Assembly: GCA_038087875.1 (NCBI GenBank) | Contig: CM075991.1 | Span: 5,580,001-5,644,000 of the forward strand | DNA from: Malacoraja senta | Lineage: Eukaryota | Direction of reading: 5' to 3' | Length of the DNA: 64,000 bases | Shown here: positions 24,961 through 38,226 of the stretch, piece by piece | Numbering within the stretch: the first letter of the stretch is position 1 | Layout: each line of letters starts with the position of its first letter | The notes under the pieces: model-generated | The model's database searches: none | Told to the model about the DNA's origin: nothing | The model's input: only the letters and a program-made list of their open reading frames with translations | Translations under genes and position numbers: made by a program

Positions 24961-26715
24961 GCAATTGCTATCCCCGAGTTTAATAAATAAATCTTGTATT
25001 GCATAAACCTGGCCAGACAGCAATAAGACAACATAATATTGTGAAGAGATTACTTTTCAACAAATGTTCCTCATGAACTATTCTCTCAATACGCTTTTGG
25101 AGGTAAACAACAGTAAGCTCAAATGTGACTCAATGGGGAATTGAATTATTTTTGTAAACCTAAGGCACCTAAAGCAAAAATGAAACTGAATAACATATTT
25201 GCAATTTCCCTCACCAGAACACTGAATTAAATAATTTAGCGAAATCCAAATGGAGATATCCACATTTAAAAATTATTTTTTAGAAATCTGTTTATACTGA
25301 ATGTGTGAACGGTCCAAGTTCAAGCACTTAATTTCCCAAACTTGCATGGATTTTCTTTCCCTTTATTATTATGCAGTGTATGAGTGTAAAGGCGCTCCTC
25401 ATTAATTGTACTGATCTACAGCCAAAGAAAGGTGACAAAAAACTGCTCTCAAGCACAGAAGCATTCATCCAATTTGAAAGAATACAACGAGTAATGGAAG
25501 AGCAACGTAGCACAGGCTATTTTAACGAATTACAAAGCGATAGTATTTCATGATTGAAAATAAAACTTGGTAGTTTACTCCTTAACCGATCAATCAATTA
25601 TGTTTAAAGGAAAGAAGCAGGAAAAAATGAAACCATTAACTGTGAATTTTGCCACATCTAACTGAATTTATTTTGTTGACCACAAATGTACTACGCCCCT
25701 TTTGCAAATTTACTTTTAAATGAAGATCCCGAAGGCATGTTATTTTAAAAAAAAGAACTCCATGTAATTCTTCAAACTTATTTATTTTTTTTAAAATTAA
25801 GGAATTTTGGTGTTGTGAGAATTTTGGCTAAATATTTCTAATCAGTGAAAAGAAATGTGGAGCACATTATTCCTTCGCGAGGTCGTGAATGTAATTTTAA
25901 GGCCCGAAAATGAAACAAATCAAGAGAGTACTGCTTTGACTGCGAAGCACTATGTAATATGCTTCTTATTTACCAGGAAGTACAGGATGTAAAGCAAACA
26001 TGTAGGAATAACATCTCAAGAGTAAAATTTGTTTCGGCTTTATGTTCACCTGAGTCACTGAGCATGAATCATTGTTTTCCTTCCTTGTAGCTCTCCAAGT
26101 AAATGATAAAGTACAGTTAGCATAATGCAGGTAGTGGCATTTAGTCTGGACAGAGAGCAGTAATGGAAGCATGAGGATTAATAAGGGTAGGCAGAACACC
26201 AACAAAAACATTTGCTGAAACCTGCCATGACTTAACCAGAGGATGACATTTTGAATTTTACATCATTTGGACTCGGGTCTTAACATCAGGTTTCTACGAC
26301 AAAAATGCCACCTCCCGCTCTATAATGCAGTTCTGGTAATAAATGTGCAGAGGGACATTGATGGAAGGCTACTCTATTACTCCCTCTATTTTTTTATCAT
26401 GGGATATTAGTATTATTGGCAAGGCCAGTATTTATTATTTATCCATAATTACTCTGATGAACTGAATGGTTTGCTATGCGTTTTGGAGGATTGCAGTTGC
26501 ACCTTAACCAGTCGATTGAAGAATGGCAGATTTCCGTTAATGAACTAGATGGATGTTTATAACAATCCGCGAGTTTCAGGCTCATCACTAATGCAACCAT
26601 TTTGTTTCAGAGCTATTTTTAATTACTTGAAATCTTAAAATCTCCTTATCACAATGGCATTCAACTCAAGCCTCCACATTGATCGTTCATGGTATATATC
26701 TGACAGTAATCAATA

Positions 26716-27540
26716 TTAGAAAAATAGAAAAATAGGTGCAGGAGGGCCATTCGGCCCTTCGATCCAGCACCACCATTCAATATGATCATGGCAGATCATC
26801 TAAAATCAGTACCCCGTTTCTGCTTTTTCCCCATATCACTCGATTCCTTTAGCCCTAAGAGCTGAATCTAACTCTCTCTTGAAAACATCCAGTGAATGGG
26901 CCTCCACTGCCTTCTGTGGCAGAGAATTCCACAGATTCACAACTCTCTGGGTGACGAAGTTTTCCTCATCTCAGTCCTAAATGGCCTACCCCTTATTCTT
27001 AAACTGTGACCCCTGGTTCTGGACTCCCCCAACATCGGGAACATTTTTCCTGCATCTAGCCTGTCCAATCAATAGACAATAGGTGCAGGAGTAGTCCATT
27101 CAGCCCTTTGAGCCAGCACCGCCATTCACTGTGATTATGGCTGATCCTTTAAGAATTTTATACGTTTCTATAAGATCCCCTCTCATCCTTCTAAATTCCA
27201 GTGAATACAAGTCCAGTCGACCCATTCTTTCATCATATGTCAGTACCGCCATCCCAGGAATTAACCTGGTGAACCTACGCTACACTCCCTCAATAGCAAT
27301 AATGTCCATCCTCAAATTAGGAGACCAAATTTGCGCACAATACTCCAGGTGCGGTCTCACTAGGGCCCTGTACAGCTGCAGTAGGACCGCCTTGCTCCTA
27401 AACTCAAATCCTCTCGCAATGAAGGCCAACATGCCATTGGCTTTCTTCACTGCCTGCATGCTTACTTTCAGTGACTGCTGTACAAGCACACCCAGGTTAC
27501 ATTGCACCTCCCCTTTTCCTAATCTGACACCAGATAATCA
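26716..27540 (-). mobile_element. CR1/HER1 LINE 3' part with a small nested CR1 tail (about 27066-27143)
   Basis: 'VKKANGMLAFIARG...LYRALVRPHLEYCAQIWSP'; the 3' terminus appears a second time inside. Confidence 0.88.
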
Positions 27541-28549
27541 TCTGTTCTTGCTATAACAGTAATATTGGGAAAGGGGAAGCTTACATCTCAGAAATTGTTT
27601 TATTTTTATGGTCATTCTTCAAAATCATGCAATGAACATTGCACTATCATTAGCTGCGGGGGGGGGGGGAGAATCAGAGTTCTGAAAATTTTCAATGGGG
27701 ATTGCAATTCCTAAATAGAACATGGTCAAGATTTAGAATTTGTCAGAATACTTAGAATACTTTCAAATGTTGCCTTTCCATTACAATATTAATATGCTAT
27801 AATTAAATAAACAATTAATTTTCAACTTGTCTGAAGAAAATTAATTGCATAATCTGGGCTTTGTTCAGTGTGACAACATGATGTTAATGTACAAAACTCA
27901 AAATTTATTCAACCAGAATGTTTTATAGCTTGATAATGATTTAATGTGCTAGAAATGAAAAAAAAGTTTCAGAATAGCTGGCTTGCACAACTGTTAATAA
28001 TTTGTGCGCACCTCCTCAGTCTAAAACCATAAAGCTTGGCAGAAACCTATTAATATTCTGTAACATTAATGTACATATAAACAAGTAATGGTGGAACCGA
28101 TTATTTTAGATTTTTTTTGCAAATTCTTGCATCTGTCACTTTATATAGTCAAGGTTTAACTAAATTGTACTCATCAGTGGGTGGCCATTCTTCATTCTTC
28201 ATCAGGTTTGTTTTCAGGTTACTGCTGAACCCTGCTTTGGTTATCTCAACTCATACTATTCTTCATCATGCACATTCCAGGCAGTGTAGAGTGAGAATAA
28301 TTGGGAATCACAAAGAACACACATAGAAGCAAAGAAAATGCATAATGCCCTTTTATTGCTTGTGCAGTCATTTCCCATCCAATCACTTGGGTAGTTTGAT
28401 ATTAAAACAGGCCGCTCTGAAATTTATTATCTGCTGGTTTGCTTAAGAAAGTATTGGTATTGGGTTATTATTATTGTCACATGTACCAAGATACAGTGAA
28501 AGCTACTGTTTTGAATGCTCTTAATTCTCAGTGAATTTTTGGAGCTACT

Positions 28550-29180
28550 GTTAAAGTAGTCTGATCAAGTGCAATGCATTTTGTAAATGGTATGCGAAGC
28601 AGCCATCGTGCACCAGTAGTGGAGGAAATTAAGGTGTCTTCAGAGCTATTGGCGCTGCATTTATCCAATCAAATTGTGACTATTTTATCATACTCCTGAC
28701 TTGTGCCTTTTAGATGGTGCCAAGTTCTTGGTATGTCAGGAAATTAGCTCTTCCATTGACATCTTGGGACAGGGATGTGTAAAAAGGTGCTGTATATGTT
28801 GGTTTATACCGAAGATAGACACAAAGTACTGGAGTAACTCAGCGGGTCAGGAAGCATTTCAGGAGAAAAAGGATGGGTGACCTTTCTCTCCAGAGATACT
28901 GCCTGACCAGCTGAGTTACTCCAGCACTTTATGTCTATCTTTGGACCGGGATGATTGATCTATGACAATCACAACTATCTTCCACTTTGCAAGGTATGAC
29001 TCAAACCAGTATTTTCCCTCTGATGCCCACTGGTTTCAGTTTTACCATGGCATCTGGATGTCACTCTTGATCAAATGCTGCCTTTATATCATAGAACACC
29101 ACCCTCACTCTATCTCATGAAATGGCTTGATTGGCTGTGGTGATATCTGAGCATAGTAATCCTGATGAAAATCAAATTGG
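28550..29180 (-). mobile_element. Old CR1/L2-group LINE fragment with a nested mini-Penelope (about 28778-28936)
   Basis: Similar to 6420-6960; insert flanked by atcttgggacagggatg/atctttggaccgggatg. Confidence 0.5.
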
Positions 29181-30019
29181 GCATCAGAGCACTTTTAAAC
29201 AAAGCTTCTCACACTTACCATTCTCATGCCCATCCCAGAGGGGAGCTACAATACCATAAATGATACTATAATGTTTGCAAGTCTTCAAATATAGATTTTC
29301 AATGTAAAATTATTATAATCATTAAAGGAGGATCATACATCATCCTCTATTTATTCAATCCATGCATGGCAGAATTTTGCCAGGTGAGGAGGGGGCTGTG
29401 GACCCCCAGCAGGACCAAAAACAAGACCTGTCAAAGGGCGGTTGAGCTTCTAGCGAGCCAACGGCCATCCACACTTCAGTAGAAGTTGCGATCACTGTCG
29501 TATATAGCATTGTAAGGAACTATGATAAAGCACACACACCAAAATCCCATACTTCCAGCGGCGGAAGTCCGCAGGAACTGGAGGACAGAGATGTGTGGTG
29601 CGTCTGTCACCGTTCCCGTTGGAAACCAGCACCACTGGGTCGCTAATGTTTTCAATGATGATGAATGAATGTAATAGAAAATGAAGCAAAATATACCTGT
29701 GAGATAATGCAATTCCACAGGATTGATAATTATCCTGTATACTTGATTTCTTTATTGAAGATAAAATCCAATTCAGAAGATGAATAAAAGAAGTTCATTC
29801 TTTGCCGCATGCTCTAAAGACATAATAAAGTCGTCTACCTCTGAAATGTTACATTTTCAAAGGAATCTAAGTTTGGAAATATAATTCAATATACTTCCAC
29901 TGTTATATTGTGCAATTTTTGTGATTAAGTATGAATTTTACCACCATTGACTACAGTCTTTTCATTTTTTCCCCTCAAATCATCATTCTATCTTATTATC
30001 TCTTTTATGCATATGTTCA

Positions 30020-31060
30020 TTGAAATGTGTCTGGTTTTGAAGGAACTGGCTACAGAGATAGTGGAACCATTGGTTGAAACTTTTAATAACTCTGGGAGGT
30101 TACCAGAAGATTAGAGAACAGTCAATATGACTCCCTTGGTGAAAGATGAAAGGGGGAAGCCAGGTCAGTCAGTTTTACAACTGTTATCGGCAAGATGTTA
30201 CAGACAAAGATCAAAGAGGAAATAAGTTGATTGTAATTAAATCTAGTCAACATGGTTTCATGAAAAGTAAATCATGTTTAACAAATTGACTCCAATTCTT
30301 TGAGGATGGAATAGGAAAAGTTGCTCGAGGAGAACCTGTGTTTAGATTTTCCCAAAGGCATTTGACAAGGTGCTTCATAGGAAGCTGGTGCATCAGCTAA
30401 AAGCCCCATGGTATCAGAGGATGTGTTCGAATGGATTGAAAACTGTCTGACTCATAAAAAACAATTGTAATTACCGTGTCTTTTTCAGGTTGGAAGGAGG
30501 TAACTAGTGAACTACCACAGGGATCATATATTGACCCATAATCGTTTACCCTTTACATGAATATCTTGGCGGAAGGAACGGTCTGTAAGATTTCCAAATT
30601 TGCCAGCGATCTGAAATTACTTGTCAGGGATTGTCGTGATAAGAATGTTGTGGTTCTGCAATGAGATACAGATAGGTTGAGTGAGTGAGCAAAACACTGG
30701 CAAATCAAGTTTAACGTGGGGATGAGTGAGTTAATGCACGTTGCTGAGAGAGTTCAAAAGGCAGATTATTATCTATATGTAGAGGAGGTACAAGTGAGTG
30801 AAGTACAGAGGAATCTAGGTATTCCTGTGCATAAATCCCAAGAAGCTGGCGGGCAGTCATTAGGATGGCTTTAACATTTTGACCTTCAGTATAAAGGGGC
30901 TGGAGTTTAAAGATAGGGAGGTTTTGTTACATTTGGACAGGGTGTTGGTGAGACCTGACCTGAAATATTACATACAGTTTTGGTGCCATTACTTAAAACA
31001 GATGTAGTGACATTGGAGGTTAATAAAGGAGATTCACCACTATTTCCTGGGATTAGATTG
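30020..31060 (+). mobile_element. Old CR1 LINE RT region
   Basis: Decayed 'QHGFMKSKSCLTN', 'KAFDKV', 'SKFASD', 'LVRPDLKY' motifs. Confidence 0.75.
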
Positions 31061-31931
31061 TTTTGTCAGCCTTTTTATGACCTTTTGAAGACGCGTAGCA
31101 ACTTTATCCCACTTAATGCTATATTTCAGCATTGATTATATCCAAGTGCTTATCTTTATTGTCATGTGGCTACCATTTAGGTTTGAATTTAAATAGTTGA
31201 CATAGAAGTTGGTCTCGCAAAATGTGACAAGCAGGTTTCTGGAAATCATCCATAAAAGCAAGCTGGTGGTGCCTTCACAAAAAGTATCCTTGGAAAAGGT
31301 TAATTTATGCTGTTTATTCCTAAAATAGACCATGATGACTGATTGCTGAGGATTTTTGAGCTTCTTTGTCCTCAAGCTTAGAGTTAACATGTATGCAGTT
31401 AAGAAGGCTAATGGTGTGTTCACTTTTCTTGAGTGCAAATTTAAGGAAATTTTGCTGGAATTTATGCAGAACTTTGATGAGACCCTGTCTAGACTAGTTT
31501 GTACAATTTCATTCACTCAGAAGTATATACTTAGGATGGTGGAATGTTAATTGTGGCCAAATTGGAGAGGCCAGGACTTTTAAATGGGGTAAAAGCTTCA
31601 GGGCTGCTGGGAGATTTGGTCAATTTGGAATTGCTCTCTGCAGAGCTCGGACAAGCTGTGGAGAATAAGAAAAGAATAAGAACATCTGCAGACCCTGTCA
31701 ATTAGGTGCAAAATGCATAGCAGCGATTGGATGGCTGCAAAACAGACATACACCTTGTAAATAATTGTAAATAATGTTGCAGAGTTCAACTTTGCCGAGT
31801 GTTGATTGGATGAGGTATTGAGCCTTGTCTGGGTTTCTTGCAGATCAGGGTAAATGTTTCTAAGTTGGCTTCCTTGAGAATTCCTGTTTGAATACATTGG
31901 ATTGAGCTGCTGTATTATTGGGTTAGGGAAA

Positions 31932-32280
31932 TGTCTGTTATGTATGGGATTAATCGATATCTGTAATTGGATTATTAAGAGACCACACCCATGTGGTTCG
32001 GCCCCTCGAAGTCCCGGGACATATAAACGTCCGTACCACGAGGTCCAGCGTCGATCTTCTGGGAGAGTGCTTGGGACTGCGTGACCTTCTGGCGGGTCTC
32101 TGTTTGAGCGAGGCCTAGAGGGCTTGATCAGGCAGATACGGGGATCGAACCCGCGGTGGGATAGGTACAGTAGTTGAACTGTAATTGCACTTTGTTAAAA
32201 TAAAGATTAGTTGTTCAAGTGCTTGATTCAGTGTTTTTTCTGAAACTAGACGGGGGAAAGATTAGAACGAGCAATTATCA
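31932..32280 (+). mobile_element. Probable solo LTR
   Basis: TG...CA ends, TATAAA at about 32022, AATAAA at about 32199, CpG-rich relative to flanks; TSD only imperfect (ggaaa/ggaat). Confidence 0.55.
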
Positions 32281-33542
32281 GGAATATAGTTTGACTTCAT
32301 TAACTCTTACTATAGAACATTTTCCGAGAAGTAATGGATTTGAATTGGCCCATATTAACAGGTTTTTGAAGAATGGCAGGATATTGTTAGGTTTAGAAGA
32401 ATGCGAGGATATAATTGAATCACATGAAACAGCGATTGACTGGTGGATGTTCAGAGGCTAGAAACTCCACAATTGATGGTATTCTCTCAGGATAATGATC
32501 AGGCATTTAAGACAGAGATAAAGTGGGCTGCAAATCTTTGGGGTTCTGTCCTCCATAGTTTAGTTGATGCTCACTCTTGGGATGCATTCAAGATTGAGAT
32601 TAATTGATAGATTTTATGGCACCAAAGGAATCAGGTGTTTGGATACATGCTGGAAAAGGGAGTTAATTATGAATTTTATTGAATGGCGGAACATGCTCAA
32701 GGTGCTGTGTTGCCTATTATTGTATCTTGGTTATTGTGTAAATTCTGCTCCTGCCGACACCACTAAAGGATGAGATTTTCAAAAAGCTGAATATAAAATT
32801 GCTTTCAGTAATTGCCTGATAGCTGCTGCTAAAACCCAAGCAGAGCAGATTCAATGGACAAGAAATTCCTATTCCTATTCCTCTGAGTAAGTCTGCAAAA
32901 CCTGCTCTGTGTGGGTTACACACAGCTTTACTCGGCGGTGCTGTTGGGATGCTGCTTTATAGTGTAAAAGTGTTATTATTCGTCTAGTTACTGTGCAGTA
33001 AGTGCTTATTAATCATTCAATACCATGCACCTGCCTTGTGCTAATTAGCATCAGAGCTCCATCTCTTAAAGGAGACCTACCCACTAAATCGCAGTACTAG
33101 TGGAAGTTTTCCCCATGAGCTTCTGAGGTGGATCCAAATGGGTGCCAAGGGAGCACCGGCTGCATCTACACCTGCACTGTCACAATCTTCAGCCTGCACT
33201 GGGTGAAGATGGCGAGGGTACTGAGTGCCAGTGGGAGTTACCGAGGACCCAAGAGCAATGCCAAAACAAATATTCCATAACCTCACTGATTGTCAGGTTT
33301 AGTGTGTTAAGTGTTTTGACTTTTTGAATTCCAACATATAAATACAGTGTTACAACAATTGCCAGCAAGCATGCTCACAGACACATGAATTCTGATGCAT
33401 GCTCCCGCTGCACATTTAGAAGTGATAATTCTTCGTAGCTATTTACAGACTTTTCCTGTTTTGGTTCACCACTTCCTTTTCCAAGAAAGCATTTTTATGA
33501 TAAGATGGTGGAGCACACAGCAGATAGCAGAGAATATTCTAG

Positions 33543-33645
33543 ATTCAGTCTGAAGAAGGAGTCTTGACCCGAAACATCACCCATTACTTCTCTCAAGAGA
33601 TGCTACCTGTCCCACTGAGTTACTCCATCATTGTAGTGTCTACCT
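33543..33645 (+). mobile_element. Mini Penelope-derived element
   Basis: ctgaaga...gacccgaaacatc; 10-bp TSD aatattctag at 33533-33542 and 33646-33655. Confidence 0.7.
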
Positions 33646-33714
33646 AATATTCTAGCTTACTCTGAACATCACTCAGGAAATTCCAGAGTGGTTCATAAAC
33701 AGGAACTTGTCCGA

Positions 33715-33900
33715 GTGGGTTTCCTGTGATTTCCTCCCACATCCCAAAGACATATAGTTTGGTCGATTAATTGGCATCTGTAAATTGCCCCGTGTCGGTT
33801 GGGAGTTGATGAGAACATGAAATGACATAGAACTAGTGTGAACACGTGATAGATAGTCGGCGTGGGCTGAAGGGCCTTTCTCCATGTTGTATTTCTAAAC
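33715..33900 (+). mobile_element. HE1-like SINE 3' part
   Basis: 'tttcctcccacatcccaaagac' V-domain and 'tgtatttctaaac' tail. Confidence 0.65.
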
Positions 33901-34319
33901 TTGTGGCGCCTAAACTTGTGGCGCCATGAGGTGTTTAGGCCAGTGATAGATCGAACCCTCATTAGTAGAACTGGATCAGGCACGTGACTACATTTGGCGG
34001 GAAGTTTACCTCATGAGTCACGGGTGTGCCCAACTTCAACTGCAGGGACTCCGTTAGTGCTCACTCTCAGCGCGCAAGTGTCGGACCCTGTATCTGCCAA
34101 GAAAAATCACTTTGTTCTCAAACGTGTGTCTCGCTATAAACTAATACTATTGGCACACTTTAATGGCCTCCTAATGGTCCAGTGATGATCAATATAATCA
34201 CCGGATGCAACTTGGAATGATTCCATCGATTTTTGCAGATCCTTGATATTCTCTGCTGAAGGGAAAAGAGAATCTTAGAGGTAAGTGGTGGCCTCCATCA
34301 TTTACTGTGCAGTAAATTG

Positions 34320-34580
34320 GCATGGATCATAAGAACATCCGAAATAGGAGGTGAAGGCTAACCTGTTTGGCCTTGAACCTGTTCCACCTCTTTCATCAAG
34401 GCCATGATCCTCTTTATCACTGCCATTTACCTCATATCTCTTGTTGCTCCGAAATCTATCAATCTCTGCTTTAAGTGAACGCAATAACTGAGCTTCTGGA
34501 GCCATTAGCGGTTGAGAATTCCAAACATTTACCACTATCTTCATGAAGAAATTTCACCTCATCTTGCTTATTCTCAATAT
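34320..34580 (-). mobile_element. Old CR1 3' end
   Basis: 'VVNVWNSQPLMAPEAQLLRSLKAEIDRF'. Confidence 0.6.
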
Positions 34581-34894
34581 GTTACTTTTTTGATATGCGT
34601 GCCTCACAACTTGGAAACAAACTCTCCATTAACGACAGAATTAATTTAAACCCCATTTGGATGCACCTTTAAAACAAAATTGGCGGTCTCAAATTAAAAG
34701 TGAGACTAGCACCTGCACACATCAACCCACTACTAAATTGGTATTCTTAGTGCCTGTTTTACACCTGCAAAACAAGCATAACATACACCAATATCTACCA
34801 TGATGTGTTAAATGCACCAGAACACAGCTGTTCCCCTTCACTGTGTCTGACTTGTACTGCATTTGGTTTGAAATCATTTAACCCATTTCTCCCA

Positions 34895-35157
34895 CCTCAA
34901 GCCCTCCCCCGGCTCCAGGATGCTCGCACCCCCCCCCCACCCCCAACAGCCCCCGCCTCAAACCCTCCCCCGGCTTCAGGATGCTCGCCCCTCCCCCCCG
35001 ACAGCCCCCGCCTCAAGCCCCCCCCGGCTCCAGGACGCTCGCTTCCCCCCCCCGACAGCCCCCATCCCCCACCCCTGACAGCACCCCCCCGCCTCAAGCC
35101 CTCCCTCGGCTCCAGGACGCTCGCGCCCCCCCCCCCCCGACAGCCCCCGCCTCAAGT
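34895..35157 (+). repeat. C-rich minisatellite, unit about 55-60 bp, about 4 copies
   Basis: Unit cctcaagccctcccccggctccagga(t/c)gctcgc...gacagcccccg. Confidence 0.9.
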
Positions 35158-35668
35158 ACAACTTCATCGCCGTCGTGGGGAGGTGAGGAGGGAGACTGGG
35201 GGATTGAGGGAGAGGAGTGGGTAGGGAAGGAGAGGGAGGAGAGGGAGGATCAAGTGGGGGAGGTAAGGAGGGAGAGTGGGGGAGGGGGAGGGGATAGAGG
35301 GACAGGAGGGGGGTAGGGAAGGGAGAGGAGTTACGGAGGGAGGGAGTGACTGGGCGTAGGGTAAAGGAGAGGAAGGGAGAGGTGATGAAGGGAGTGGGGG
35401 AGGGGAGAAGGACAGGGGAAAGAAGAGGGAGGCTGAAGATGAGGGGGAGGGAGTGCTGGGGGATGAGGGGGAATGGAGGATAGGAGTAGGAAGATGGATG
35501 GCGAGGCAATGGAAATATTAAATGCAGTTATTAACTTAACTTCTGCCATTTGTGCGGGCCCGTCAGCTGATCATGCTCAGTTGGGGGCTATGGCTCTGTG
35601 GTGGAATATTGCGTCGGGGGACAAACCCTCCCATGTGACAGCGACCCAACGGGTCCCACTTGGTCTCG
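34895..35668 (+). mobile_element. Possible non-autonomous Helitron-like element
   Basis: Sub-terminal hairpin GACCC-aac-GGGTC (35643-35655), then CTCG|T (near CTRR|T); internal minisatellite and purine tract; 5' end not defined. Confidence 0.4.
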
Positions 35669-38085
35669 TACTTTCTACTCACCAACAATACAATTAATTA
35701 AAGGACATCCTGCATCCAATGTATATTTCCGATCAGTCCACATTTGCATAATTAGGTCACAAAGCACAAAAAAATCACTTTTACTTCTGAAAGTTGAGAT
35801 TTCAGCTAAGCTATTGTTTCAAAACCTTCCTTCCAAAGAACCCCAGTGTGTTATTTATAAGAGTAATCTTCGATCTGGAACTTGAATTTGTTTGTACCTT
35901 AGCAGCTACTTCTGGACATGCTGAGGGTTTCAGGATTTTCTCAAAGCATAGCATAAGCAATCCGAGAACTACCTGCCCATTTTCCAAAATAGCAAATTGT
36001 GCATACCTGTTTAATGATTGATTCAAGCTGGCAAAATAATTGAAATGGTGGATAAATACTGGAAAATTCTGTATTGAATAGCAGTTGATGAAAAGTTAGA
36101 TTGATAGAATGCAATCATATTATTGAACAGACCGTTATTTAAAGTGCCTTTAAGATAATTAATTAGAGAATCAAAGAAATTGAGCTTTTTATGCAGAAAG
36201 ATATAATTGAAAATTCATTGGCAAAATGGACAGTGAAATCATACAATAATAATTTACAAAGGGATTTGGATAAATTCTTTAAATTCCAAGGCTTATATGT
36301 TGTTTTATTGATACTATGGGCCATTCTGTCTTCTTTGAGTTTGTGATGCAACGATACCACAATGATACCAACCACCGCACAAATACAGACACGAGATAAA
36401 CGTTATCATTTTGTAGAGGCGAGTACTGAAAGCCTCATGTTTTTCAAAATACTGTCATAACATCTTCAATATCTTGAGAATATTTTGTCAATGGAATCCT
36501 CAGTGAAAGGGCAAATTGCAATTGTAAACAGCATAAACTATGAAATAAGAAAAAAAATTGCCATTAAAATGTAGAAACATGCAAGTTAACTGCAATTAAT
36601 TGCATAGGTATTAAATAGTCCAGAAGAAGTGACCCCAATGTGCTACTTTGAAATAGATGTCGAAAGCTAAATGAAAGAAATGGAAATCAGTGGACACAAA
36701 TCAATTTAGAATATATGCAGCAGTAAATAATTATTGCTAACAAGGTACAAATAATGTAGATTTATCCAGCAACCAGAGATAAGAGGGATTTTTTTTTTTT
36801 AGGTTATTTAAAAGAACGGGGTTAACATTCTGCAGGAATCAGTTTCAATGAGCTTTGACTATTTCTAATTGTAATTAGCATTAATATTGAAATGATAAAT
36901 TGAGAAACAATGAGGCTTTTCAAATTAAGCATTTGAAACAAATTAGATTGCTAATTGATGAAATACTCAATTAACCATTTTAATACTGGTGTCAGCCAGC
37001 ATGAATGAGATACTGAAACATATCTTCAATCCAGTCTTACAGATTGCCGCATTGAAGAATGATTCTAATATATTTCTGGTATTTCTAGTTTGTTGCCTCC
37101 ATGCATAATTTGAATCAGTGGTTTGTTGATTTAATCTAAAGTCAACACTTAGTTATACTTAACACTAAAAAGCTAGATTAGGCAAACAATAGATCATTTT
37201 TGTAGTGGTTTACATGTCCACAAATATGCAAGAATGAACATGTGAGAAGATTATTTCATGAATTTAGAAGTGCCAAAGCAAACAAAAATCAATATTACAA
37301 TATTTGTGTTTATTCTGATACCCTGTACAAGCAAGAAGTCAAATACACATGAATGGACAAAGATACAATGGTGATACTGAAGGTAGATGCAGGTTAATTA
37401 TTTGAAGCAAAGTACTATAGTAGACAGATTTCTTATTTCAAAGTCACTGATGGCATTCACTTGAACTTGGTACATTATTCATTAAGCCTCACCTATTCTC
37501 ACAAATCTCGATGATATTCAGGGCAAATCAATAATCTTGATTAGTAACCTGTAAACCACCTGCGTTTCCACTGCCACTGGTGTGCTGTGCCTGAAGCACG
37601 TGCCATCCATAAAATAGATGCATGATGCACAGTTCCATCCTAAAACGATTCATCCCTCATCACACTTGAACCCATTTTCCACATAGTAACTTTACACAAC
37701 TCTGACCATCAGCAGCAACCATGCTTTCAACCCATTGTGCCGGAATTACCTCCAAACCTCTTCTTTTCACCGCTTCTTTCCAAGGTGTGGATAACACTAA
37801 ACTTGGGGATGCAAGAGCTATCGAGAGCAACACATTATCAGGCATTGACAAGGGGTGGAGAATCTCTGATGTTCTGTACATCAGATGGTTGTGAAAGTCA
37901 AATCACTGGGGGTATTTGAAGAGAGAAAACCTACAGCAGATGGTGAGGAGGTATGAAGTCAGCCACAAGGTATGCATAAAGATCAAATCAGAATACAGGC
38001 AGTTCCTCTGTTATTTGAAGGTTCCATTCCTGAGAACTGACTGTATGCTGATTTCTCTATGTCAGAAATGTCCATTTTCTATTGC

Positions 38086-38226
38086 TGTTATATTCCGGAT
38101 GGCAGAATGAATAACAACTTACAGGCAGGTTGCCTGGATCACGAGAGAGATTTATTACCCAACATTCCCTGCTTATATTGAACATCACTCATTAACATAT
38201 GCATGAACATGTATGAATACATTACA
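38086..38226 (-). repeat. Gypsy 3' LTR (141 bp), preceded by a polypurine tract
   Basis: TGTTA...TTACA ends; minus-strand aaaaggagaacag abuts it. Confidence 0.9.

Noticed and set aside
34805..35549. Pro-rich and Gly-rich ORFs
   Set aside because: Artefacts of the C-rich minisatellite and purine tract
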